Assembly: GCA_900556135.1 (NCBI GenBank)
Contig: USNR01000002.1
Span: 1 to 61,826 of the forward strand
Origin: an uncultured Clostridium sp.
GTDB taxonomy: Bacteria; Bacillota; Clostridia; TANB77; CAG-508
Direction of reading: 5' to 3'
Length of the DNA: 61,826 nt
The translations under genes were made by a program, and so were the position numbers. The notes under the pieces are model-generated. The model made no database searches, had not been told where the DNA came from, and was given only the letters and a program-made list of their open reading frames with translations. Below are positions 48,312-57,163 of the stretch, in pieces (position 1 is the stretch's first letter; the number at the start of each line of letters is the position of its first letter).

Positions 48312-48989
48312 ATGAAAAGAACAAAATTAGCCGACAGAATTTTACCCACTTACACAAAAGGCGAAGAAATTTTTAATATGGTAACGCACATAGTAGGCGG
48401 CGCTTTCGGTATAGCCGCGCTTGCCACCTGCGTTGTGAGGGCGTTTTTACACGGCGGCGCTTATGAGGTTGTAAGCGCCTTTATATATGGCTTTTCAATG
48501 ATTCTTTTATACACAATGTCAAGCGTATACCACGGCTTAAAGCCCGAAACGGCAAAAAAGGTTATGCAGGTTATAGACCACTGCTCCGTGTTTATACTTA
48601 TTGCAGGTACATATACACCCATTGCGCTGTGCTCATTAAGGCGCGCAAGCACCGCCCTTGGTTGGACGGTATTCGGCATAGTGTGGGGCATATCTGCCTT
48701 GGGTATAACGCTCAATGCAATTGACCTTAAAAAATACAGCGTATTTTCAATAATTTGCTACTTAGCGCTTGGCTGGTGCATTGTTTTTACCGGCAAAACC
48801 GCCGTTACCTCGGTAGGCACTACCGGGTTTATGTGGCTGCTCGCCGGCGGAATAGCATACACCGTAGGCGCGGTGCTTTACGGAATAGCCGGCAGAAGCG
48901 TTCACCGCTATATGCATTCCGTTTTTCATATTTTCGTTGTGGCGGGCAGTATACTGCAATATTTCTGTATTTTGTTTTATGTTCTGTAA
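48312..48989 (+). CDS. hemolysin III / PAQR-family 7-TM protein
   Basis: 225 aa, 7 predicted TM. SSVYHG and HSVFHIFVVAGS motifs. First gene of the ~50% G+C segment. Promoter TTGACA (48239-48244), 17 nt, TATAGT (48262-48267), overlapped by the palindrome TAGTATT-C-AATACTA (48264-48278). Confidence 0.82.
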   Translation: MKRTKLADRILPTYTKGEEIFNMVTHIVGGAFGIAALATCVVRAFLHGGAYEVVSAFIYGFSMILLYTMSSVYHGLKPETAKKVMQVIDHCSVFILIAGTYTPIALCSLRRASTALGWTVFGIVWGISALGITLNAIDLKKYSVFSIICYLALGWCIVFTGKTAVTSVGTTGFMWLLAGGIAYTVGAVLYGIAGRSVHRYMHSVFHIFVVAGSILQYFCILFYVL

Positions 48990-48998
48990 TACCGTAAA

Positions 48999-49040
48999 AA
49001 GAGCCGACGCACGTGGGTATAATCACGCGCGTCGGCTCTT
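48999..49040. terminator. bidirectional intrinsic terminator
   Basis: GAGCCGACGC (49001-49010) pairs with GCGCGTCGGCTC (49027-49038). Flanked by an A-run and a T-run, between convergent genes. Confidence 0.8.
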
Positions 49041-49045
49041 TTGTT

Positions 49046-49603
49046 TTATAAATATACTGTTTCCGCGCCGAGCAGCTGCGCCTCGTATTCGGAGTGGGTA
49101 ACCGCTATAAGCGTTCTGCCGTTTAAGCCTTGCAATATATGCTTTGCGGCTTTTTCGGTGTTTTCTTTATCAAGCCCCGCAAACGGCTCGTCCAGTACCA
49201 GGCAATCGTATTCAGCTGAAAGCGCGCGGGCTATTGCCACGCGCCGCCGCATACCGCCCGATAACTCGGATGGATATTTTTCGGCTGACTCCCCTACTCC
49301 CAACGCCGAAAGATTATAAAGCGCGGTCTTTTCATCTGCGCCTATCAGCGTTATATTGCCGAGTGCGGTTTTAAATGGCAGCAGTCTGTCCTCTTGAAAA
49401 ACGGCGGACATTCGTGCGCCGCCCGTTTCAATACTGCCGCCGCATGGCTTTTCAAGCCTCAATATCAGCCGTAAAAGGGTGGTTTTTCCGCGTCCGCTTT
49501 CTGCGAAAATACAAATTCGTTTACCGCTCGGAATTTCAAGTGAAAAATTTCCGAAAACGCTTTTATCGGCATAAGAAAAGGAAAGGTTATTTATTTTTAT
49601 CAT
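49046..49603 (-). CDS. ABC transporter ATP-binding protein (short, NitT/TauT type)
   Basis: Walker A SGRGKTTLLRLI. Signature LSGGMRRRVAIARAL. Walker B LVLDEPFAGLD. Confidence 0.85.
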   Translation of the reverse strand: MIKINNLSFSYADKSVFGNFSLEIPSGKRICIFAESGRGKTTLLRLILRLEKPCGGSIETGGARMSAVFQEDRLLPFKTALGNITLIGADEKTALYNLSALGVGESAEKYPSELSGGMRRRVAIARALSAEYDCLVLDEPFAGLDKENTEKAAKHILQGLNGRTLIAVTHSEYEAQLLGAETVYL

Positions 49604-50345
49604 TCAAATACCTCCCCGCCAGCCGCTTTATTATAAGCTCAATAAGCAGCGATAACACCGCCACAACCGCCGTAAGTGCAAAAACGCGCGGCGTTTCAAG
49701 GTACAGCTTTGCGTCCTGTAACAACCTGCCGATTGAATTTATCGGTCGGCAAATAACCTCTGCCGCAACGCCCGATTTCCAGGCAAAGCCCAGTGCATTT
49801 ACTGCCGCCGCCGCAAAAGAGGGCAATATAAGCGGCAGCTTTATTTTAAAAAGTATTTTTATGGGCGACAGCCCGAAAACCTTGCCCAGCTCTATATAGC
49901 CTTTATCGAGGTTAAGTATTCCGTTTTCCACATTCGACCATATCATAGGCAGCACCATTAAAAACGAAATGAACACCGATAAATAGGCACTTTTAATCCA
50001 CACAAGCGCCAGTATTATAAACGAAGCCACGGGAACCGCGCGTATAAGGTGCAAAACAGGCGCGAAAATATCCCTGAAAACGCGAAAACGCGCCGATAAT
50101 ACCGCGCACACCGCGCCGACAATAAGCCCCGATAAATACCCCGCCGTAATTCTGAGCATGCTAAGCAAAACGGCGCGCCAAAATTCGGCTGTTTTTCCAA
50201 GCTCTGCCAATGTTAAAAAAACCGCGCGCGGGTAAGGAATAAGCAATTCTTTGCCCACGGCGGCAGCGGCAAGCTGCCATACCGCAAGCCATAAAAGCGC
50301 CACGGCAGCCCGCCTTAAAATATTCTTTAACTTACTTTGCTTCAT
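49587..50345 (-). CDS. ABC transporter permease (NitT/TauT type)
   Basis: Start set at ATG 50345 (MKQSKLKNILRR), overlapping the end of the binding-protein gene by 14 nt. About 6 TM. Confidence 0.8.
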   Translation of the reverse strand: MKQSKLKNILRRAAVALLWLAVWQLAAAAVGKELLIPYPRAVFLTLAELGKTAEFWRAVLLSMLRITAGYLSGLIVGAVCAVLSARFRVFRDIFAPVLHLIRAVPVASFIILALVWIKSAYLSVFISFLMVLPMIWSNVENGILNLDKGYIELGKVFGLSPIKILFKIKLPLILPSFAAAAVNALGFAWKSGVAAEVICRPINSIGRLLQDAKLYLETPRVFALTAVVAVLSLLIELIIKRLAGRYLNDKNK

Positions 50346-51354
50346 AGTAGAAAGCGTCGTCCGGCAATGCCCCGCCCACGCTCTTGGGGTTAGCGTCAAA
50401 GAGGAACTTTAAATATGCCGAAAGGTCGGTTTTAAGCTCTTTTCCGTCTTCAAATACTATATTGCAGTAGGGCAGAGCCTTTTTGGCTATTGCGGCGGCT
50501 GCAACTATACCGTATTTCTCGCAAAGTGCGGCGGCGGTATCGGGGTCGGAATTAACCGATTTAACCGATTCCTCGTATTCCTCCATAAATATTTTAACCG
50601 CGTCGGGGTTCTGTTCGGCGTATTTCTTGCGAACGACTATGCAGCCCATAACAAGCTTTGTATCGTTCACCTTATCCCACTCTTTGTTCATATCAAGCGC
50701 TATAGTTGAGCCTTGAGCCTTAACGGTAATGGTTGTTGCAACCGGCTGGGGAGCAACCGCGATTATCTTCTCATTCTGCGCAAAGGCGGTAACAAGCTCG
50801 GTCGGCTGCGAAACAAAGTTAAGGGTTACGTCTGTGCCTACCTTCAAGCCGTTCTTTTCAAATATATAGTTTATAATGTATTCGGGGTTTGCGCCCTGAC
50901 CCGTAGCGTATACGGTTTTGCCCTTTAAGGACTTAATGTCGGTTATTTCCTCACCCTTTGTAACCAGACAAAGAACGCCTAAAGTATTAGCCGCAAGCAC
51001 CTTTATGCCGCCCTCGGTCTTTTTGTAAAGGGTTGATGCTAAGTTAGTAGCTATTGCGGCAATATCCGCCTCGCCGTTTGTAAGCTTAGCTACAATTTCA
51101 TCATTGCTGCCAACGGTTGAAACCGTGTAGTTAAGTCTGCCGGTTTTATCCTCCGCCTTTTTCATAAGCGGCGCCAGCCCCATACCGGTAGGTCCGTTAA
51201 GCGCAAAGACATTGCAGGCGGTATTAAGCTTTTCGGGGGTGGAGCTTACGGGAGCCGCCGAGCTTTGCGGGGTGCTGCTTTCGTTCTTTGTGCCGCAGGC
51301 GGCAAATGTAAGCACCATAGCCACAGCCAACAGCATACTGATAATTTTTTTCAT
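50332..51354 (-). CDS. ABC transporter substrate-binding lipoprotein (NMT1/THI5-like)
   Basis: Lipobox LTFAACGTK. 340 aa. First transporter gene after the regulator. Confidence 0.72.
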   Translation of the reverse strand: MKKIISMLLAVAMVLTFAACGTKNESSTPQSSAAPVSSTPEKLNTACNVFALNGPTGMGLAPLMKKAEDKTGRLNYTVSTVGSNDEIVAKLTNGEADIAAIATNLASTLYKKTEGGIKVLAANTLGVLCLVTKGEEITDIKSLKGKTVYATGQGANPEYIINYIFEKNGLKVGTDVTLNFVSQPTELVTAFAQNEKIIAVAPQPVATTITVKAQGSTIALDMNKEWDKVNDTKLVMGCIVVRKKYAEQNPDAVKIFMEEYEESVKSVNSDPDTAAALCEKYGIVAAAAIAKKALPYCNIVFEDGKELKTDLSAYLKFLFDANPKSVGGALPDDAFYYEAK

Positions 51355-51977
51355 TTTTCTGTCACCTTTATCTTATTATTTTCCCTTATTATACTGCCGC
51401 GCTTTTCAAGGGCTTCAAGGCTGCGGTAGAGGCTCGCTCTGCCCAGTCCCAGCATTTTTGCCAGCTCGGTCATACTTACGGGAATAACAGCGTATCCGTT
51501 ATCGTCAGCCGAGAGCGTAAGGTATTTTAGCACCGTATTCTCCGCATCGGAACAGGAAATAACGCTGAGCCTTTTATTAAGAAATCTTATTCTGTCAGAT
51601 AAAAAGGCTATATAGTTTACCGCCGTGACAGGATGCTTTTCAAAAAGCGAAACGAGCGTTTCCTCGGTTATAAAGCATATATCCGAGCTTTCAGCCGCCG
51701 AAACGGTGCTGACGTATGCATCAGCCGTGCCGAAAACCGCCGCCGCCCCAAAGCACGAGCCGGCGTAAATACGTTTCATAACCATTTGCTGCGAATTGCT
51801 TGTAACCGCCGAAACAGACCCCGATTTTACAAAACCGATGGCGCGGCGAAAGCTTTCGGGCGAATAAACAATTTCACCCTTTTTAAATTTCTCCGCTTCG
51901 GGCAAAGCCGAAATTATTTCGCGCTTTTCATTCTCTTGCAAACCGTCAAGTAAAAATAAGCCGTCGTATACTGACAT
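51351..51977 (-). CDS. Crp/Fnr-family transcriptional regulator
   Basis: cNMP-binding-like N-terminus (FKKGEIVYSPES...GFVKSGSVSA). C-terminal HTH MTELAKMLGLGRASLYRSLEALEKRGSI. ATGA overlap with the next gene. Confidence 0.8.
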   Translation of the reverse strand: MSVYDGLFLLDGLQENEKREIISALPEAEKFKKGEIVYSPESFRRAIGFVKSGSVSAVTSNSQQMVMKRIYAGSCFGAAAVFGTADAYVSTVSAAESSDICFITEETLVSLFEKHPVTAVNYIAFLSDRIRFLNKRLSVISCSDAENTVLKYLTLSADDNGYAVIPVSMTELAKMLGLGRASLYRSLEALEKRGSIIRENNKIKVTEK

Positions 51978-51994
51978 TAAGACTCCTAAATTTT

Positions 51995-52010
51995 TGTCTC
52001 AAATGAGACA
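51995..52010 (-). promoter_or_regulatory. 7-2-7 palindrome TGTCTCA-nn-TGAGACA at the start of the Crp-like operon transcript
   Basis: Lies between the promoter TTGACT-16-TGcTATAAT (-10 at 52025-52020, minus strand) and the AGGAG RBS. Confidence 0.4.
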
Positions 52011-52227
52011 GTTTATTATATTATAGCATAAGAAACGCATAAGTCAAGCAAAATTTATTTTTCAGCGTCGCGTGTTTTAATTATTCAAAAGCTCAATCCG
52101 TATATACCGTGATATTAAAGGCGCTGTCCTTTAATATATGCCGGCTTTGCCGGTTTCTTATACAGAACCCCTTATCTGTATAAGAGAATATGCCGAGAGA
52201 TAAACACTCACGGCATATTTTTTGTAT

Positions 52228-53565
52228 TTAAGCTATGTCACGTTTTTTTCGCTGTATAATCACAAACGCTGCGGCGCATATTAGTGCCGAAAGCAGCGAG
52301 CCCGCCGCAGTTGCAAGCCCCATAGGATAGAGTGTTTCGGGGAACATTGAAGACATTAAATAAGAACCGGGAACACGCACAAGCAGTATTGCAATTATAT
52401 TGTGCATAAACGAAATTCCCGATTTACCGCAGGCGCAGAAATACCCGCTGAACGCAAAGTGTATTCCGGCGAAAAGGCAATCCCACGCGTAGCCGCGCAG
52501 GTACCCGCCGCCGAGCCGTATGACTGCCGCGCTGTCAGTAAACAGCGATACCGCCCTGCCCGATAAAAACTGCATAATAACCGCTACCGTGCCGCCGAAG
52601 CCTGCGGCAATAAAAATTGCGTAAAGCAGCGTTTTTCTTGCACGTTCGGGCTTTTGCGCCCCGATATTCTGCGCGCCGAGCGCAGAAACGGCTGAAAGCA
52701 TAGAGGAGGGAACAAGGAACAAAAAGCCGATTATTTTTTCAACAATTCCCACCGCCGCCGCGTCATTAAGCCCGCGGCGGTTTGCTATTACGGTGATTAC
52801 CATAAAGGCAATTTGAATAAAACCGTCCTGCATGGCAACCGGCACGCCTATTTTAAGAATTTTTCCGGTTATTTGCTTATCGGGCTTTAGGTCCGCTTTT
52901 TTAAGCGCAAAGTCAGTTTTGCGCATTTTTACAAAGATAAGCGATATAACAACGCTTACAGCCTGAGATAGCGTTGTGCCGAGCGCCGCTCCCGCTGGGC
53001 CCATACCGAGAGCGCCTATAAACAGGTAATCGAGCGCTATATTGGCGGCGCATGCAACCGCTATAAAGTACATGGGGCTTTTGCTGTCCCCCATACCGCG
53101 GAAAACGGCGCTTATAATATTATACGCCGTTATAAACGGTATGCCTATAAAGCAAATCGTAAGGTAATCCACCGTGCCCGCAGCAGCGTCTGCGGGGGTT
53201 GAAACGGCGGAAACTATGGTGTTTCGCAGAATAAGCAGCAAAAATGTCAGAGTCACGGAAAGCCCCATAAACAGCGTTACGGTGTTACCCGTAAAAAGCG
53301 CCGCTTTGCGGCTGTCCTTTCCGCCCACAGCCTGACCGATATTTACCGTGGCGCCCATGGCAAGCCCCACTATCATTACCGTTAACATATGCATAACCTG
53401 CGAGCCCACGGAAACCGCGGTAGTATCGGCAACGCTGCCGAACTGACCTATTATGAGCAGATCCGCCATTCCGTAAAGGGTTTGCAGGAAAAAAGATAAA
53501 AGGTACGGCAGCGAGAAGAACAAAAGGTTCTTCATAACGCTGCCGCTTGTAAGCTCCCGTTTCAT
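52228..53565 (-). CDS. MATE-family efflux transporter
   Basis: 445 aa, 12 TM. LQTLYGMADLLIIGQFGSVADTTAVSVGSQV. Starts 8 nt after the livF stop. Confidence 0.85.
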   Translation of the reverse strand: MKRELTSGSVMKNLLFFSLPYLLSFFLQTLYGMADLLIIGQFGSVADTTAVSVGSQVMHMLTVMIVGLAMGATVNIGQAVGGKDSRKAALFTGNTVTLFMGLSVTLTFLLLILRNTIVSAVSTPADAAAGTVDYLTICFIGIPFITAYNIISAVFRGMGDSKSPMYFIAVACAANIALDYLFIGALGMGPAGAALGTTLSQAVSVVISLIFVKMRKTDFALKKADLKPDKQITGKILKIGVPVAMQDGFIQIAFMVITVIANRRGLNDAAAVGIVEKIIGFLFLVPSSMLSAVSALGAQNIGAQKPERARKTLLYAIFIAAGFGGTVAVIMQFLSGRAVSLFTDSAAVIRLGGGYLRGYAWDCLFAGIHFAFSGYFCACGKSGISFMHNIIAILLVRVPGSYLMSSMFPETLYPMGLATAAGSLLSALICAAAFVIIQRKKRDIA

Positions 53566-53573
53566 ACAGAGGC

Positions 53574-54272
53574 TTAACCCCCGAGGTAAGCTTTTTTAAC
53601 CGAGTCGCTTTGTGCAAGCTCTGCACCCGTGCCCGAAAGGGTAATTCTGCCCGATTCAAGAACATAAGCGCGGTCGGCTATTCTGAGCGCCATTTCGGCG
53701 TTCTGTTCAACCAAAAGAATGGTAGTGCCCGCCTCGTGCAGTTCCTTAATTATATCAAATATCTGCTGAACAAGTATAGGTGCTAAGCCCATTGAGGGTT
53801 CGTCGAGCATTAAGAGCTTGGGTTTACTCATAAGCGCCCTGCCCATGGCGAGCATTTGCTGCTCGCCGCCCGAAAGCGTGCCGGCAATCTGATTTTTGCG
53901 GTGCTTAAGGCGCGGAAAACGCTCAAAAACATCCGCTATGCCTTCTTTAACATAGCCCGGCTGTGTATAAGCGCCCATTTCCAGATTTTCAAGCACGGTC
54001 ATATGCAAAAATATACGTCTGCCCTCGGGAACGTGAGCCAAACCCTTTGATACCAGCTTGTGCGCCTCGGCGTGGGTAATATCCTCGTTCATAAGGGTTA
54101 TACTGCCGGTTTTTGAGTGCATAAGCCCCGAAATGGTTTTAAGGGTGGTTGACTTGCCCGCGCCGTTTGCGCCTATAAGGGCTACAATTTCATCCTCGTG
54201 CACTTCAAGCGAAATGCCTTTAAGCGCGTGAATATTGCCGTAATAAACGTTTATATCATTTACTTTCAGCAT
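53574..54272 (-). CDS. livF: branched-chain amino acid ABC transporter ATP-binding protein
   Basis: LIGANGAGKSTTLK and LSGGEQQMLAMGRAL. ATG at 54272 lies 9 nt after AAGGAGG. Confidence 0.9.
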   Translation of the reverse strand: MLKVNDINVYYGNIHALKGISLEVHEDEIVALIGANGAGKSTTLKTISGLMHSKTGSITLMNEDITHAEAHKLVSKGLAHVPEGRRIFLHMTVLENLEMGAYTQPGYVKEGIADVFERFPRLKHRKNQIAGTLSGGEQQMLAMGRALMSKPKLLMLDEPSMGLAPILVQQIFDIIKELHEAGTTILLVEQNAEMALRIADRAYVLESGRITLSGTGAELAQSDSVKKAYLGG

Positions 54273-55107
54273 TGCCGTCAGCCTCCTTTTTCTTTCCGAG
54301 ATACGCCTCAATAACCTTGGGGTTAGCCTTAATTTCATCCGGCGTGCCCTTTGCGATTATTTTACCGTGATCAAGCACGCAAATGCCCTCGCAAATGTTC
54401 ATAACAAGGTTCATATCGTGCTCAATAAGCATTATTGCAATATTGAAGGTATCGCGTATACGGCGAATATTTTCCATAAGCTCCGCCGTTTCTGAGGGGT
54501 TCATACCCGCCGCGGGCTCGTCAAGCAAAATAATGCTCGGGTTGGTGGCAAGCGCTCTTACAATTTCAAGTCTTCTCTGCGCACCGTAGGGCAGCGAGCC
54601 TGCCTCCTCGTTTGCAACATCTGCCATTGAGAAAAAGTCAAGCAGCTCTATTGCGCGCTCATTAGCCGTTTTTTCGGCTTTTTTATAGCCGAGACCGTGG
54701 GTGACCGAGGCGAAAAAGCCCTCTTTAATGGAGTTATGCAAGCCTACCTTAACATTATCAAGCACCGACATATTGGAAAACAGGCGTATGTTTTGAAAAG
54801 TACGCGCAATTCCCATACGGTTTACCTGCGAGGTCGTTTTGCCGGCAGTTGACTTTCCGTCCAAAATAATAGAACCGCGCGAGGGCTGATAAACGTTTGT
54901 AAGCAGGTTGAAAACTGTGGTTTTGCCTGCGCCGTTAGGGCCTATAAGACCGGCTATTTCGGTTTTGCCTACGGTAAGTGAAAATTCGTCAACTGCGGTA
55001 AGTCCGCCGAAATCAATACCCAAATGGTGAGTTTCAAGCACGGGGCGTTTATCAACATCGCGCTCGGGAACAATCGCGCCCGAGGGGTAAGGTACCATTT
55101 TATCCAT
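54256..55107 (-). CDS. livG: branched-chain amino acid ABC transporter ATP-binding protein
   Basis: GPNGAGKTTVFNLL and LPYGAQRRLEIVRAL. Confidence 0.9.
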   Translation of the reverse strand: MDKMVPYPSGAIVPERDVDKRPVLETHHLGIDFGGLTAVDEFSLTVGKTEIAGLIGPNGAGKTTVFNLLTNVYQPSRGSIILDGKSTAGKTTSQVNRMGIARTFQNIRLFSNMSVLDNVKVGLHNSIKEGFFASVTHGLGYKKAEKTANERAIELLDFFSMADVANEEAGSLPYGAQRRLEIVRALATNPSIILLDEPAAGMNPSETAELMENIRRIRDTFNIAIMLIEHDMNLVMNICEGICVLDHGKIIAKGTPDEIKANPKVIEAYLGKKKEADGNAESK

Positions 55108-56197
55108 TTGATTTTACCTCCCCGTTTTTATTCTTGCGGAACATTTCGTTTAATTTAATCTTAGTGTTTTCAAAAAAGAGCTTTGCTTTTGAGCTGTTTT
55201 TAAGCAGCATTACCGCAATAAGCAGTATTGCGTAAATAAGCATACGGTAGTCGCCCGCGTTTATGTTGCGTAAAAGCTCGGGCAGCATATAAAGCAGGGC
55301 GGTTGCTATAATAGTACCGAAAATATTGCCCATTCCGCCAAGCACCACGAAAACAAGAATTAAAATTGAAGTGTTAAAGTTGAACTTTTCAGCCGCGATA
55401 GCCGAGAAATTCATAGCGTAAAGCACGCCCGCCATGCCTGCCAGGGCAGCTGAGGTAATAAATGCGGTAAGCTTGTACTTTGTAATGCTTATACCTACCG
55501 ATTCGGCGGCTATGCGGTTATCCCTTATAGCGGTTATAGCGCGGCCCGAACGGCTGTAAATAAGGTTAATTACCACAAACAGGGTGAAAAGAATAAGCAC
55601 AAAGCCTGCCGTAAAGGTGGCAATTTTGGTTATACCCACCGCGCCCTGCGGGCCGTTGAGAATAATTCTGCCGTTTTTCATACCGAGGCTTGCCGCGTCC
55701 TTCATATTAACGTGAAGCCCGCTTTTATCAATACCCACATAAAGGCAGTTTATTATATTCTTTATAATTTCACCGAATGCGAGGGTAACTATTGCAAGAT
55801 AGTCGCCCGAAAGCCGCAGAACGGGTATACCGATTAAAAAGCCCATAATTCCCGCGATTATACCGCCCGCAACCATTGCGATAACAAGTCTTACGGGGTC
55901 GGACCCGACCTTATCCTGCAGAGCCGCCGTGACTATGGCTCCCGTGAACGCGCCCACGCTCATAAAGCCGGCGTGACCGAGAGACAACTCACCCAAAACA
56001 CCGACGGTCAGGTTAAGCGAGATAGCCATAACTATATATGCGCAGATAGGAATTAACTGACCGGAAATGGAGTTGCTTATCATTCCCGCGTTTTGCAGCG
56101 GGAAAAGTATTGCAAATAAAGCTATTACAAGACCGTAGGTTTTAATATTTGTTCGGGCATATTTGCTAAGCCCTTTGTATTTTGAAGCGATACTCAT
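55100..56197 (-). CDS. livM: branched-chain amino acid ABC transporter permease
   Basis: Start set at ATG 56197 (MSIASKYK) after GAGGTGGG. Multi-TM LivM-type permease. Confidence 0.88.
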   Translation of the reverse strand: MSIASKYKGLSKYARTNIKTYGLVIALFAILFPLQNAGMISNSISGQLIPICAYIVMAISLNLTVGVLGELSLGHAGFMSVGAFTGAIVTAALQDKVGSDPVRLVIAMVAGGIIAGIMGFLIGIPVLRLSGDYLAIVTLAFGEIIKNIINCLYVGIDKSGLHVNMKDAASLGMKNGRIILNGPQGAVGITKIATFTAGFVLILFTLFVVINLIYSRSGRAITAIRDNRIAAESVGISITKYKLTAFITSAALAGMAGVLYAMNFSAIAAEKFNFNTSILILVFVVLGGMGNIFGTIIATALLYMLPELLRNINAGDYRMLIYAILLIAVMLLKNSSKAKLFFENTKIKLNEMFRKNKNGEVKSNG

Positions 56198-56207
56198 ATT
56201 TCCCACC

Positions 56208-57089
56208 TCACACCTTTTCCGTTATCTTCTTGCCGAGCAAGCCGGTAGGCTTAACAAGGAGTACTATTATAAGCACCGAGAAAACAATAGCGTCGGACAG
56301 CTGGGTGGAAATATACGCCCTGCCGAGAATTTCTATAACGCCCAAAAGTATGCCGCCTATCATGGCTCCGGGAATTGAGCCTATACCGCCGAAAACCGCC
56401 GCCGTAAACGCCTTTATACCGGGCATTGAGCCGGTGGTAGGTATCAGCACCGGGTACGCAGAGCAAAGCAGAACGCCCGCTATTGCAGCCAAAGCGCTGC
56501 CTATTGCAAAGGTCATTGAAATGGTGCGGTTGGTGTTTATGCCCATAAGCAAAGCGGCGTCCTTATCCTCAGATACCGCGCGCATTGCCTTACCCATTTT
56601 ACCCTTTTTGGTAAAGAAGGTAAGTCCCACCATTATAAGCACGCAGGCGGCAACGGTAACGAGCGATTCGGGCGTTATTATAAGCTTGCCGTCAAATAAT
56701 GAAATGGATTTAAACGGCACTACCGATGTGAACGCACGCGGAGTGCTGCCCCAGATTATAAGCGCCGCATTCTGTAAAAAGTAGCTCACGCCGATAGCCG
56801 TTATAAGCACGGCAAGCGATGTTGCCTTTCTCAAAGGACGGTAAGCAAGGCCCTCAATAAGAATACCCAATACCGTACAAACAGCCATTGAAATAAGTAT
56901 AGACAGCACCGTGGGAATACCTAAGGTTGTGGAGCATATGTAAGAAACATACGCGCCTACCATAATAACGTCGCCGTGCGCAAAGTTGAGCATTTTCGCA
57001 ATGCCGTAAACCATTGTATAGCCGAGCGCTATTATGGCGTAAACGCTGCCGAGACTTATTCCGTTTATTAAGTTGGAAATTAAAGTCAT
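56208..57089 (-). CDS. livH: branched-chain amino acid ABC transporter permease
   Basis: 293 aa. MTLISNLINGISLGSVYAIIALGYTMVYG is a typical LivH N-terminus. Confidence 0.9.
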   Translation of the reverse strand: MTLISNLINGISLGSVYAIIALGYTMVYGIAKMLNFAHGDVIMVGAYVSYICSTTLGIPTVLSILISMAVCTVLGILIEGLAYRPLRKATSLAVLITAIGVSYFLQNAALIIWGSTPRAFTSVVPFKSISLFDGKLIITPESLVTVAACVLIMVGLTFFTKKGKMGKAMRAVSEDKDAALLMGINTNRTISMTFAIGSALAAIAGVLLCSAYPVLIPTTGSMPGIKAFTAAVFGGIGSIPGAMIGGILLGVIEILGRAYISTQLSDAIVFSVLIIVLLVKPTGLLGKKITEKV

Positions 57090-57163
57090 TGCTTACACCC
57101 CTTTTAAAAATGGGAAAACGGGGTCATATAAGACCCCCTTTCCCCTATTAAACCGAATACGGA

